In this document: piece after piece, positions 29,975 through 44,100 of the stretch
Layout: each line of letters begins with the position of its first letter
Position numbering within the stretch: position 1 is the first letter of the stretch
NCBI GenBank assembly: GCA_964016885.1
Contig: OZ024749.1
Coordinates: forward strand, 2,356,001-2,420,000
DNA length: 64,000 bases
Direction of reading: 5' to 3'
Source of the DNA: Eledone cirrhosa
Lineage: Eukaryota
Program-made: the position numbers and the translations under genes
The notes under the pieces: generated by a model
The model's database searches: none
What the model was told of the DNA's origin: nothing
What the model saw: the letters and a program-made list of their open reading frames with translations, nothing else

Positions 29975-30162
29975 TTATTTCAGTATTCACCGTTTCCTCG
30001 GGGATTTCATGAGAGCTAGATCACATATCACATCATATTTATAATCTTACTCGAATAAACAAGACAAAAGCAACAAACACAAAACAACGGGAAGCATTGC
30101 ACAAATTATTTTTGCCACAAAAAAATGTGTCCATATATTATGTATAGTGTGTATGAGTTGGT

Positions 30163-30332
<170 letters not shown>

Positions 30333-30365
30333 GTATATATATATACATATATATATATACATATA

Positions 30366-30433
<68 letters not shown>

Positions 30434-30434
<1 letters not shown>

Positions 30435-30638
30435 CGATATTAACAAATGGAAAGTATATTTATAAAACCATATTTATTTCATTATACACCAAGTTAAATT
30501 ATGGTGTGCTTTCATCAGATAAAATATAATATAGATCAGTTTTATAAATATTTTTACTCCAAATATTTGTTGAGTGCTTTATATCAGTTATAAAAATATT
30601 TGCTTGTTGTATCCCAACAATTTAAATAGAACTTTTAC
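30434..30638. mobile_element. family F element (inverted partial HHR arm plus tail)
   Basis: Homologous to 33646-34066; tcatcag retained; tail actccaaatatttgttgagtgct. Confidence 0.8.
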
Positions 30639-30660
30639 ATATATATATATATATATATAT

Positions 30661-30858
30661 AAGTTTTAATATAGATGAGATTCTACAGGACTAGAACTGT
30701 TTCATTCTTTAGAAATCATCAGGAATCCTGATGATTTCTAAAGAATGAAACAGTTCTAGTCCTGTAGAATCTCATCTATATTAAAACTTTTATACTCTGC
30801 AATGTATTGAGTACCTTACTTACTGTGATTACCTCCGATTCAACCCGGAATAACGTAC
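30661..30858 (+). mobile_element. family B fold-back element, 64-bp arms around a 1-nt loop
   Basis: Centre a30725; tail tactctgcaatgtattgagtacct; TA flanks. Confidence 0.88.
30678..30728 (-). ncRNA. type I hammerhead; mirror copy 30722-30772 (+)
   Basis: Minus strand: ggattc CTGATGA tttctaaagaat GAAACAG-ttctagtc-CTGTA gaatct. Confidence 0.8.
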
Positions 30859-30894
<36 letters not shown>

Positions 30895-30993
30895 CACACA
30901 CATATATACATATATATATATATATATGTATGTTATATATATATAATAAAATAATAGGAGGCTGGACTTGTGTAAATCCTTGACAGGTTTATT

Positions 30994-31051
30994 ATACTAT
31001 GATCATTTCAATGACCGAGTTCCGTATGAATCCGGTGATATCATCAGGTAT
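30994..31051 (-). ncRNA. type I hammerhead, family C
   Basis: Reverse complement of the 33138-33195 motif with few substitutions. Confidence 0.8.
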
Positions 31052-32918
31052 TCGAAATGTAACAAAGGAATATAACAGACACAATCCATGGGGCTGAAAA
31101 TCATAAACAAGAGGACGACCGACCATCTAGCATCTTCTACCTTAGTCGGTCTCCCTCAAGTGTTAACTATTCGGTCTACTTATGACCATCTACACAAACG
31201 AAGACGGCTGAGCTGCATTACCTTGAGTACTCTCCATAATATTACATCGAGATTGACTATACGGAATGACCAATTCTATCCAGTGGTGAACCAACAAACC
31301 TAAATAAATAATGCTCCAGAAATGTTTAGCACTTTCCGATGTAATAATGAACAGCGGCACTGACTCCAGTGTAGAGCTATCGCCAGCATGGGACTGACTA
31401 ATCTACTTACCATTTAGATTTTGGCTGCTCTGTGCTTTGTCTACCGCCCACCTGGTCCAATGCTGCTTCCCTGTCGGGAATATTCAGACTTCGGCAAAAT
31501 TCTACGGATTATACTGTAACCTGTATTGTATTGATTGAATTCTCTACCCTATACTTCAGGGCCTTCGTGACTCACAATGAATTCTGAGACTCGAACATAC
31601 ACTAGGTATCACCTGATACCATTCCATCTCTTCCATCCTCTATATCTATATGTATTATCTAACTACAACTTGATCTATATTGTATTTTACCTGTGTTTTG
31701 ATTTCTCCGATATGTTCTTATATACTTTCGTTTTATTCCATCACCACCCTAGCTATGGTGGCGTTTTATTTATGTATTTTTATTAATGTATTTTTATTAA
31801 TGTATTCTTATCTTTGTATTCTACTTTTATTTATTTATGTATTTTTGTTTATTGTTCCTTTTATTTAGGTTTTCACTCGCTTTACTCTCATTATGTACTT
31901 ACCATTGTACTCATTAGCACACCTCACGAGAATATTACTCTCTGTACCCTTATATATCCTCCAACCCACCAAAGAAACAGACTTCTTATAACCCGGACTA
32001 ACTGGGGACTCAAAAATAATCTATTTGCGCATTTCATCTGGTTTTACCACTTTCAACCTCCCATCACGGGTGTGAATATATAATAATCGTTTGGTTACAC
32101 GCGATGATCCGACTGATGTGGCGGCTTTCCCGGCTGCCCGCCTGGCGCTCTAGTGCATAAGCCTTCCTTGAGTACTTGGAAAAATAAATTTCCCCGTCTT
32201 TCGGTAAATGAAATTACTCGGAGCGGATTGCTTCGCCCCGGGGCCCGCCGCGCCGCCGGTTTTGACCGCCATATAGTACCTTTAAATTCTAGGTTTAATC
32301 ATAACTATTAGCTGTATCATGCCACCCTCTTCTGGCACGTAAACAAATCCCCCTCCTGTGTGAATTAATAGTATTCGTTTGGTATAGCGATGGCCCGACG
32401 GCGATGGTAGACTTCCCGCTAGCACACCCGAAGCCTAAGACAGTCACATCCTAGAGTACTCGGAAAAATTAATTTCCATCTCTTTCGCTAGACGATATCA
32501 CTCGGAACGGCTGACACGTGGTTAGGAAGGGCTGGCCGGAGTCCGCAGTCGTCGCGTGTTATTGACTGCTAAACAAGGGCTTAATCTTTACTCTATATCC
32601 CACCCTGAAAACTTATCGAGAATCTCTATAATACACTTAAACTTTTTCACATAAGACTTTCTCTGTAAATTCTTTAACTAAATCTCACAACCCAAACCTT
32701 AAACTTTTTTTTAACTATTTACATTTTTTAAATGTTTTTAATTCTTTAATTTCATCCTATAACTTTAAACATAAGTTTAACGTTCCAATTTTCTGTCCAC
32801 ACATTATACCATACAGACACCCACTATATGCCTCTCTTAAGATATAGGTTCTTCGGAAAAACATTTTTCGCAACAATTTCTAACCTGATTGTAGCATGAC
32901 CGTAACGCTGACTTTTCT

Positions 32919-32951
<33 letters not shown>

Positions 32952-33137
32952 TCTTTCACGGGAAGGTAGTACATTATAAGCATTCGCTCCCCTCACCAGA
33001 TGGTCATAAGTAGACCGAATAGCCAACACTTTAGGGCGACCGACTAAGGTAGAAGATGCTAGATGGTCGGCCGTCCTGTTGTTTATGATTTTCAGCCCCA
33101 TGGATTTTGTCTGTTATATTCCTTTGTTATATTTCGA

Positions 33138-33195
33138 ATACCTGATGATATCACCGGATTCATACGGGATCCGGTCATTGAAATGATCATAGTAT
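33138..33195 (+). ncRNA. type I hammerhead, family C, intact core
   Basis: atac CTGATGA tatc-accggattc-atac-gggatccggt-catt GAAA T GATC A TA gtat. Confidence 0.85.
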
Positions 33196-33591
33196 AATAA
33201 ATATTTCAAGGATTTACACAAGTCGAGCCTCCTGTTATTTTATTATAATAATTAACTCCGTACTCACACCACCAACTACACAAACGAAGACGGGTGAACT
33301 GCTTTACGTTGAGTACTCTCCATAATATTACATCGAGATTGACCATACGGAATGACCACTTCTATCCAGTGGTGAACCAACAACCCTAAATACTATATAT
33401 ATATAAATATATATATATTCATGTAAGTATGCATTTTTGTATGTTTGTTTATATGTATATATATATGTTGGTTTTCATAAGAATCCATGGAGAAAGCCTC
33501 GCATTTTTCAGAAGTTGGAAATTTATCAAAGATACTTGTGTGACTGGTTCGCTCATACTTTATATGAAATTAAGCGTACAATGTGTGTCTG

Positions 33592-33645
<54 letters not shown>

Positions 33646-33651
<6 letters not shown>

Positions 33652-34066
33652 ATTAAATAAATGGAAACTATATTTATAAAACCATATTTATTTCATTATA
33701 TATATTTCAGGGATAACATATTAACAATATGCTATGCCTTCCTCAGACAAAATACAATATAAACAGCTTTATAGATAAATAGATTCGACATACCGTAACA
33801 ACATCTACTTGGGAAGTAGATGTTGTTACGGTATGTCGAATCTATTTATCTATAAAACTGTTTATATTGTATTTTGTCTGAGGAAGGCATAGCATATTGT
33901 TAATATGTTATCCCTGAAATATATATAATGAAATAAATATGGTTTTATAAATATAGTTTCCATTTATTTAATATTGTAAATATACTCCAAATATTTGTCG
34001 AGTGCTTTTATATCAGTTATAAATATTTACTAGTTGTAACACAACAATTTAAATATAACTTTCCAC
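33646..34066 (+). mobile_element. family F fold-back element, about 165-bp arms, 3-nt loop
   Basis: Centre ctactt-ggg-aagtag 33811-33813; tail actccaaatatttgtcgagtgct. Confidence 0.9.
33870..33935 (+). ncRNA. type I hammerhead; mirror copy 33689-33754 (-)
   Basis: tattttgt CTGAGGA aggcatagcatatt-gtt-aatatgttatccct GAAA T ATAT A TA atgaaata. Confidence 0.88.
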
Positions 34067-34104
<38 letters not shown>

Positions 34105-34134
34105 CTGTGTGTGTGTACGTGAGCGTGTGTCAGT

Positions 34135-34216
34135 CCCAGGTTCAATCTTACTCAAATAAATTTGAGTGTAAACAATAAAATGTGTGGAATGAAACAGTTC
34201 TAGTCCTGTAAAGGCC

Positions 34217-34218
<2 letters not shown>
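34135..34218. mobile_element. family B remnant
   Basis: gaatgaaacagttctagtcctgta identical to 30743-30766. Confidence 0.65.
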
Positions 34219-34304
<86 letters not shown>

Positions 34305-34559
34305 GTATATATATATATATGCGTGCGTGTGTGTGTGTGTGTGTGTTATAAATATAGATAATACACGTGAGTGTATATGTGTATATCTATATGTGTAAAT
34401 AGATATACAGATAGACGTAGCCAGATGCTGATTAATAATTATATTAAAATGGCTAATGAGTTTTGAAGAAAACGCAAATATGTCGCTATAATTATTGGTT
34501 AACTCCGAGCTATCCCCGTTAACTCCGAGGTTCAATTCCGAGAGTTTTATACAATTGTT

Positions 34560-34900
34560 CATCAGAAATAAGAAAATAGCGGTGGTAAACCTTTGCAGCG
34601 ACACATTCTCTAGCGGTAACCTGGTGTAGTCTGCGACTAACCCAGGCTCTGCTGCACTTTGGGCCGAGGAGGGCAAACCCTCCTAATATCCGTCGTTCTC
34701 CGATAGTTTTGCAGTCGAGCCCGTGGCAGTGGAGACTGCTGGTGTCCTTGGCTCTAAGGCAACCTCCCTACTTACCACAATCGGCCCAGAGATGGCTGCT
34801 ACCCGTAAGTCTGGGCATTGCGAGCTGGAATGGCTCTTCCAGCGCGGCTGCCTCACTTTCCTCCGGGGAAACGCCTTCGCTATTCTCTACTCCGAGGCTT
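34560..34900 (+). pseudogene. CRE-like LINE C-terminal restriction-like endonuclease fragment
   Basis: CSDTFS..NL..SATNPGSAALWAEEGK..Y...EPVAVETAGVLG...WLFQR..LTFLRGNA, with in-frame stops. Confidence 0.7.
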
Positions 34901-35477
34901 CGGTGGCGCGAGCGCCTGGGCCCTTTTTGCTCATAATAGTGAGAGAAGAGGAAAACGGGAGAGACGGAGGCAGTGAAAGTAGGAGTTTGTTCCTTTGTGC
35001 CTGGAACTGGTACATATGTAAATGTTTCACGGACACACACTCACCACATCCAATATTTGCCAGGAAACCTAATTAAGAGATTTGACTATTCCACCACCAT
35101 ATTTTTAATGAAAGCATTGACTAGCATATTCAGGGTTTTAAATATTATTAGGTTAACCTCGGGCAACTTTAGCTAATATTTCTAGTAAGAACTTCATATC
35201 GATACATGGTTAATCCTAGAGAATATGTTGTACTACGACGTAACCATTATATCAATGGAGACATGATAACGACTTTAGTTTACATAATAATTGGCAAATA
35301 TGTGTTGTCGTGTAAATGTCTGTCAAATTGTACTCCTATAGTTGTTGCTGTGGAAGATCACTTCCACATGTTATGTATCTAGGAGTAATAAATAATATTA
35401 TCGAGTATTTGTTCTTGTATAATATATTTTATAAATCCAATTCCCCTCTTTTGTACTCAGGCTGATCCTAACGTGTA

Positions 35478-35544
<67 letters not shown>

Positions 35545-35545
<1 letters not shown>

Positions 35546-35748
35546 GAAAATGTTAGACCCCGACGGCAGAGTTCAAGCCGTTTCGACGGCTATTTCTGGA
35601 CTCAAGTCCAGAAATAGCCGTCTGAGTCCAGAAATAGCCGTCCAAACGGCTTGAGCTCTGCCGTCGGGGTATAACATTTTCCTATTACCCACTCTACTAC
35701 CCTAAGTATTGAGTACTCTGGTGCGTTATGGTCCACACCTCCTTCGTT
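35545..35748 (+). mobile_element. fold-back element family A
   Basis: Palindrome with a duplicated agtccagaaatagccgtc centre, plus tail. Confidence 0.85.
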
Positions 35749-35766
35749 ATATGTATATATATATAT

Positions 35767-35916
35767 CGAAGGAGTTGTGGTAAGGAACCAAATGAACCAT
35801 AACGCACCAGAGTACTCCATACTTTGGGTAGTAGAACTCAAGCCGTTTCGACAGCTATTTCAGAAATAGCAGTCGAAACGGCTTGAGCTCTGCCCTCGAG
35901 GTTCTGACCCTTTTCC
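35767..35916 (-). mobile_element. fold-back element family A, internally deleted
   Basis: Tail at left, centre gctattt-cag-aaatagc. Confidence 0.8.
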
Positions 35917-36305
35917 TATATATATATACATATATATATATATGTTAGTGCATAGAGATATATAAATATATAGATGACTTCCCGTACAATAATCAGTACA
36001 AACAGCCTTGTGCAGTGTACTTTAATTTTCTTCAATTATTTTCCTGTCCATAAATATATAGCTCTTTTCTCATGTAGGATTCTCAAATACATTTTGTATG
36101 ATTCTATCTGTGTCAGTGCATATATTGGTATGTTTGTGTCAATAGGAGCGCATGCGTAGTTATGCGCATGTTTCAACATTCATTGCTTAAAAAAACACAC
36201 ATATGTTTATACATTTACAAACATACATACACCCACACGCATTATATATTACACACACACACACACACCAACACACGAATATATATATGCATATATATAT
36301 GTATA

Positions 36306-36387
<82 letters not shown>

Positions 36388-36574
36388 TATACATATATAT
36401 ATGCATATATACATGTATATGCATACATATTTATATATACATACCTGTATATAATCATACATATATACATATATACATACATACATACATACATATATAC
36501 ACATACGTATTTATATATATACATAGATATATTTTTATATATACATATATTTATATACATACATACATACATAC

Positions 36575-36635
<61 letters not shown>

Positions 36636-36660
36636 TATATATATATATACACACATATAC

Positions 36661-36726
<66 letters not shown>

Positions 36727-37101
36727 GTGTGTGTGTGTGCATATAAGTCTCCCCTTTTATTGCGTCAATGTGTATCGGAATATATTCATTGTAAAAGAAA
36801 ATAACTGTATTTCTCAAATGAACACCATTTTCGTTTCAGCTAATTTTGTTATTATTATTATTATTGTCATTATTGTTGTTGTTGTTGTTGCTGTTGTTAT
36901 TATTATTATTATGTGCCTATAGTAGAAATCATCATCGTTATTATTACTGTTATTATTATTATTATTATTATTACTTCTATAGATCTTTCCATTCCATTGT
37001 TCGTTTCATCACTCAGCTAGGCAATGGAGTTTGAATGCACCTAAATAACGATATTGAGAAAAATACGAGAGGGGGAAAAGGAGAGATAGATATAGAGATA
37101 G

Positions 37102-37172
<71 letters not shown>

Positions 37173-37542
37173 TAAGTTGGATAGTGAAATAGTAGAAATA
37201 TGTGAGTGACTGTATGTATGTATTTTTATATACAACATATGCCTCGCCTTCTCAATATTTTTCTTCTATGTGAATGCTTATATGGTGTCGTACAAACACA
37301 CACACAATTATATATATATATATATGTATATATGTATATATATATATATATATTTGTCTGTGTGTGTGTGTATGTATATATAATTTACTGTGTGTGTGTT
37401 GTGTGTGTGCAACAGAACTTTTTTCGTTTATCTTTCGTTGTCTCTCTCTATGTGTAGATTATATGTAGATATGTATGTAAGCATTTCTTTCTGGTTTTCT
37501 ATCCATATATGTATCTATCTATGCATCTATCCACACACACAC

Positions 37543-37610
<68 letters not shown>

Positions 37611-37636
37611 ACATATATATATATATGTAAATGTAT

Positions 37637-37727
<91 letters not shown>

Positions 37728-38179
37728 AATTATACATATATATAAAACTATCTATCTATATATCTAGATGTGATAGAAACGAAAGTTGTTCTCTATCCTT
37801 CATTTTATCGTATGTGTCTATCTATCTTATCCGTCTATCAATATATTCTGAACAAAAGAATAGCCCCCCCTCTAACACAAACTCTCTCTCATCTTCCCGT
37901 CTCACTATCTTAACATCTACGCCATTTTTCTACGCTCCGTTTCGCTGATGTTGTGTTAGTTTGCTTACAGTTTTCACATCAATGCGTTTTCTACAAATCA
38001 CTTAGCTTGTCTGTTGGCGTTCTGGATTATCTGAGTGACTAAGGGTTATTAAACCTGATGTAATCTTTGCTAAAAGAAAAAGAAACGAAAACTACAAGCG
38101 AATTTTATCGGTAACAATAGAAAAGAACCACCAGAATCTAAACAACAGCCATGATAAAAATAAGAAAACAATAGAGAAT

Positions 38180-39770
38180 GAACACCACAACCAACACCAC
38201 CATCAAGACTACCACCAACACTACCACTAACACCAACACCACCACTAACACCACCACCAACGCCACACATCAGCACCACACTCAACACCACCATCAACAT
38301 CCCCATCAACACCACCAACACCTCAATCATCAACACTACCAACACCACCACCAACACCAGCACCACCTACACCACCACCAACTCCAACACCAACACCACC
38401 ACCAACACCACCATCGATACCACCACCAACACCACCACCAACACCACCACCAACACCACCATCAACACCACCATTAACACCACCACCAACACCACGAACA
38501 ACACCACCATCAACACTACCACCAACACCACCATCAACACCACCACCAACACCACCATCAACACCAATACCAACATCACCACCAACACCACCACCAACAC
38601 CACCACCAACACCACCATCAACACCACTACCAACACCACCACCAACACCACCACTAACACCACCATTAACACTACCACCAACACCACCATCAACACCACC
38701 ACCAACACCACCATCAACACCACTACCAACACCACCACCAACACCACCATCAACACCACTACCAACACCACCACCAACACCACCACCAACACCACCACCA
38801 ACACCACCACCAACACCACCACCAACACCACCATCAACACCACCATCAACACCACCACCAACACCACCATCAACACCACCACCACCAACACCACCAACAA
38901 CACCACCAACACCACCACCAACACCACCACCAACACCACCACCAACACCACCATCAACACCACCATCAACACCACCACCAACACCATCAACACCACCATC
39001 AACACCACCATCAGCACCACCACCAACACCACCACCAACACCACCATCAACACCACCACCAACACCACCACCAGCACCACCATCAACACCACCATCAACA
39101 CCACCACCAACGCCACCACCCACACCACCAACACCACCATCAACACCACCAACAACACCACCACCAACACCACCACCAACACCACCACCAACACCACCAC
39201 CACCAACACCACCACCAACACCACCACCAACACCACCACCAACACCAACACCAACACCACCACCAACACCACCACCAACACCACCATCAACACCACCATC
39301 AACACCACCACCAACACCACCACCACCACCAACACCACCACCAACACCACCACCAACACCACCACCAACACCACCACCAACACCAACACCACCACCAACA
39401 CCACCACCAACACTACCACCAACACCACCACCAACACCACCACCAACACCACCACCACACCACCACCAACACCACCACCAACACCACCACCAACACCAAC
39501 ACCAACACCACCACCAACACCAACACCAACACCACCACCAACACCACCACCAACACCACCACCAACACCACCATCAACACCAACACCAACACCAACACCA
39601 CCACCAACACCACCACCAACACCACCACCAACACCACCACCAACACCACCACCAACACCACCACCAACACCACCACCAACACCACCACCAACACCAACAC
39701 CAACACCACCACCAACACCACCACCAACACCACCATCAACACCACCACCAACACCAACACCAACACTAAC
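38180..39770. repeat. (CACCACCAACAC)-type 12-bp/CAC repeat, about 1.6 kb
   Basis: Source of the GGGV and VVVL pseudo-ORFs. Confidence 0.97.
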
Positions 39771-39878
39771 AACAAAGCAAAGTTAAGAATGGCAGCAATC
39801 GTTACAACTCCACTCCACGCAAACGCTAAAGTCACGAGCGTACACATACATACACACAACACACACACACATGCACAC

Positions 39879-39933
<55 letters not shown>

Positions 39934-41267
39934 CAGAATCGAGAAAGATGTATTGAATATACGAATTATTGGTAAACTAGAAATTAGAAGAGTAATAACC
40001 AAAATACCCTATATTATGTTTGTTTTGGGGTGGGTGGGGTGTATGTTCCTGCGTGTGTGGGGGGTGGGGTATTCATGTGTGTGTTGAGTGGATCGGGGGG
40101 GTATGTTCGTGTGTGTGTGGGGGGGGGGGTATATTTGTGTGTGTGGAGAGAGAGATAGCAAGAGCAGGCATGCGCGGTCATTACTGTGGATGAATGTTTG
40201 GTGGAAGTAGTTGTAAATATTTCGTAAAAAAAGAATTTCCAGAATCTAGTTAAAAACTACATTAAACGGGGAAAAAAATAAAAAATAAACAACAGTAGAA
40301 ACACAAAACAAACAAACAAAAAGCGATAGACGTAAATGGCTACATTATACGGGTATCAGTATTTGTAGGCAGACACACACAGGCGCACATACACACACAC
40401 AAATACACACACACTCATACGCACGCACACACGCGCGCACACACACACACACATCGTTAAAACATATCTACGCAAAAGCAATCGTCATCCCGACCATTAC
40501 AATAAAAGGACACCCACACGCATGTATATATATATATATATGTTTGTGTATGTGTGTTTGTGTGTATGTGTGTGTTCGCGTGTGTGTGCAGAACATTAAC
40601 ACCATATGGGAAGAATAGAATGCGAAGGCGAAATCATGAAAGCAATCAAACTAGTAAAGAATCTCCCCTGAAGAATGCTGAAGAGGAATATATACTTCTT
40701 GGAGGAAAGATTACTTTCCACGACATAATCACCAAATAAATTAACTCGAAGAAACCAACAAAAGAATAATAGAACGGAAGACGGAAACCAGAATAAGAAG
40801 CTATGTCTGCTAGCTTGAAAGATGGCTTCCTTTTCTTGAAATCCGGGTTGAAATTAATGCAGAATGGAGTTCTTGCCTATGGAAGAAACGCTAAGAAAAT
40901 TGAAGACCTATAGTTTTTGATCGTCCGAGGAAATTCCATCTAAGACATTTGGAGACAATCGAGATGAGTTAGATGTGTAATTTGGTCGAAATTCTATTAA
41001 TCATAACTCTCCAGGAAAAATACTTGAATAATTAATCTCACTTGTTTTTTTTTTTGTGGTGGGAAGGAGTTCCATATGTGTATAAACACGCACACATATG
41101 TATATATATATAACGGCATTCCTGTCTTAACGACATCACCACTTTCTCCGCTTGGCCTGTTTTTCCCCCCTTTTGGAACTTTTCCCCCGTTGATGGGCGT
41201 GAGCCCGAAATATTGGGATTAAAATCTCTACTACGGTAACCCTTCTACCTTTGTTTTGTTTTCATCT

Positions 41268-41373
41268 TTGTCTCTCTCAACTTTCACTTTCACCTGTTTT
41301 TCCTATCTATATTTCACTTCCTACCTCGAGATTTCCCTTTGCATTGTTGTGGCTTTCTTAAATACGTATTTTT
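41268..41373 (+). repeat. dispersed repeat, near-identical to 62287-62411
   Basis: cctttgttttgttttcatctttgtctctctc...cttaaatacgtatttttt shared; both close to (TA)n. Confidence 0.75.
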
Positions 41374-41411
41374 ACACATTTCACAATGCTTCAAGCAAAC
41401 TTTAACATCCT

Positions 41412-41446
<35 letters not shown>

Positions 41447-41528
41447 GTGTGTGTGTGTGTGTGTGTGAGTGTTATGGTTTGCATGAAGTAGGTGGGTGAT
41501 ATATATATATATATATACAGTTTATACG

Positions 41529-41586
41529 TGTCCAGAAATAGCCTTCGAAACGGCTTGAGCTCTGCCGTCGGGGTCATACTTTTTCC
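41529..41586 (+). mobile_element. family A single arm
   Basis: gtccagaaatagcc.tcgaaacggcttgagctctgccgtcggggtcatacttttcc(TA)n. Confidence 0.75.
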
Positions 41587-41605
41587 TATATATATATATA
41601 TATAT

Positions 41606-42072
41606 AGTTGTTATATAGTAAGGTGCATTATTGGTTGTGTAAAATGTTCCAATAACTTTATGTTAGCAATATTAAGTTCTCCACGCTTTTGTATATCTCC
41701 AATTCCATTCAAGGGAACAGCTAGATGATGTAAAACGGGGTATATGTATCAAAATGAAAACCCGAAGGCAAGGTAAAATTCCAATCATTTAATCACGTCA
41801 CATGTTTCAATAAGAGATAGATCGATTGTGAAGCCATGATCGTTTATCACTGATCTCATCAGGTGAAAATGAATTGTCTTCAAATTCTTGATATGAGGGA
41901 GAAAAAATAACGATGTTCTCCCTCATATCAAGAATTTGAAGGCAATTCATTTTCACCTGATGAGATCAATGATAAACGATCATGGCTTCACAATCGATCT
42001 ATCTCTTATTGAAACATGTGTCGTGATTAAATGATTGGAATTTTACCTTGCCTTCGGATTTTCATTTTGATA
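41606..42072 (-). mobile_element. fold-back element, about 157-bp arms (41747-41903 / 41916-42072)
   Basis: Inverted repeat with an HHR in each arm; putative tail at left ending in (TA)n. Confidence 0.8.
41953..42026 (+). ncRNA. type I hammerhead; mirror 41793-41866 (-) has GAC at the cleavage triplet
   Basis: tcac CTGATGA ... GAAAC ATGT GTC gtga. Confidence 0.78.
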
Positions 42073-42316
42073 TATCAAGGTTATCCGGCAGCTATCAACA
42101 GATGTAGAAGAGAGTTTTAAAATCTGAACAAATGACAATGAATGTATTGCACGACAAAGTATTAGCAAGGAGGTCTTCATAAATATAAAACATCCCTATG
42201 GGGTTAAGGGGGGAGACTTTAGACTACCAAGTTTTCATGACAATCTGAATAACGATACTTTAAACATTTGAATTAACAATCCCATATCCGATATTTTCTG
42301 CTAAGCCATTCTACTT

Positions 42317-42540
42317 GGTGTGATGGCGTGTGGCTGAGTGGTTAGAGAATTGGATTCAAAATCGTGAAGTTGTCACTTCAATACCTGGACCGGGTGATGT
42401 GTTATATCCTTGAGCAAGACACTTTATTTCATGTTGCTCCTTCTACCTGGAGTTGCGACCGATAGATAGTATTAGCAATCGTAAAGACCAACGGAAACAT
42501 TGTTTCCTCGGTCCGATTTGACGAAAGTCGATCGATCTCT
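42317..42540 (+). mobile_element. CORE-type tRNA SINE family S2, full length
   Basis: A-box tggctgagtgg, degenerate B-box, CORE-like ccttgagcaagacacttt. Confidence 0.85.
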
Positions 42541-42815
42541 CTTATACTACTTGCAACAGAACATTCAATCGACAATAATTCTTAGCAATTTTAAATGTTT
42601 AACGAATGAGCAGATCTCCGAATATAAGTTCTGTATCTACGGGAACCAGACCCTATTGTCGTGTGTGTGGGGGGACACTTATGTTGGCAAAGTTGAACTT
42701 TGACATATTTAAAAGAGGTTTTTGTGTGTGACTTCGATTTGTTTTCAGCCAGTTATTAAGATTTCATTAGAGCCTTACTAACAGAGCTTTGAATATAATC
42801 ATAAATTATCATGCG

Positions 42816-42927
<112 letters not shown>

Positions 42928-43028
42928 CAATGAGATACTTAGTTGTAGATAAATTCGAACAGAATCCAAACGATTAAAATTCCATGATTTCTTTTATATA
43001 TTTGGCATCGTGATACACTGGCATTCAT

Positions 43029-43106
<78 letters not shown>

Positions 43107-43197
43107 GTATATATATATATATCTATTTGTGTGTGTATATATATATGTATGTATTTATATATTTGTGTGTGCGTGTATATATATATATTTATATATT

Positions 43198-43228
<31 letters not shown>

Positions 43229-43237
43229 TTATATATT

Positions 43238-43268
<31 letters not shown>

Positions 43269-43556
43269 GTGTGTGGTGTGGGAGTGAGTGTGTGTATCCT
43301 AGTTCTATTGAAGTGTCTACAATGTATTATCAATGAAAGTATCGATGGGAGATGAGGAAGAATGGAAAGGATCAAAGTACACAATATGGAAATAATGAAA
43401 AGCAATGAAGACATAATTGAAATCGAGATGACAAATTTGAATAAATAATTGAAGTATTGTGTCAAATCTAGGAGAATAGAGTAGGTGATAGAGATATAGA
43501 TCACATATAAGTATCATATATATAGACATATTTATGTGGAAACGTGTACATGTATG

Positions 43557-43647
<91 letters not shown>

Positions 43648-43711
43648 AGAAAATTTCGCTCTACATGGCTGAATAGAATAAATCTAATCTGAGTTTTTCG
43701 AATATTAATAA

Positions 43712-43891
43712 TTGTTTCTACTTTTGGCACAACGCCACCAATTATCTCAGTACATTACTGGTACTTTATTTTATCGACCCCGTAAGGATTAAAGGCAAAG
43801 TTAATCTCGGCGGGATTTGAACTCAGATGGTAATTGGACGTAACTCTGCTGGAAAGCATATTCGACCCTCTACCAATACTGCCAATTCACC
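43712..43891 (-). mobile_element. SINE family S1 inserted in an HHR element
   Basis: S1 body; 3' junction identical to that of the 45135 copy. Confidence 0.85.
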
Positions 43892-44100
43892 AATAACATT
43901 CGATTCGTTTGCAATTATGCAGACAAGCCTCAATTTTATAGCCATGTCAGTAGAATGAACACTTCATTCATGCTCTTGTGTTGGCATGCCAACAGAACTG
44001 TGGACACTAATGTTTCTGGGCATCAACCATCATCAGTACAGCTAAACTGTCAAACTGTCAGAGATAGTGAAAATATATGTTATTTTCAAAAATACACAGT

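Larger units (their letters stand above)
30944..33391 (+). mobile_element. 2.4-kb non-autonomous family C element: inverted pLTR, tail, internal region, pLTR, tail
   Basis: 30944-31190 is the inverse of 32998-33248; tail 31191-31305 matches 33278-33391; TA on both ends. Confidence 0.7.

Noticed and set aside
31306-32997. Autonomous Penelope ORF (RT plus GIY-YIG)
   Set aside because: No long ORF or recognisable motifs here or elsewhere in the window
40600-41040. Purine-rich, exon-like stretch
   Set aside because: Multiple stops and no recognisable domain or splice support
41180-41220. ttgatg-ggcgtgagccc-gaaa HHR-like motif
   Set aside because: Core and cleavage site too degenerate to call
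42317-42400. tRNA gene
   Set aside because: tRNA-like head continues into a repeated SINE body; no complete cloverleaf
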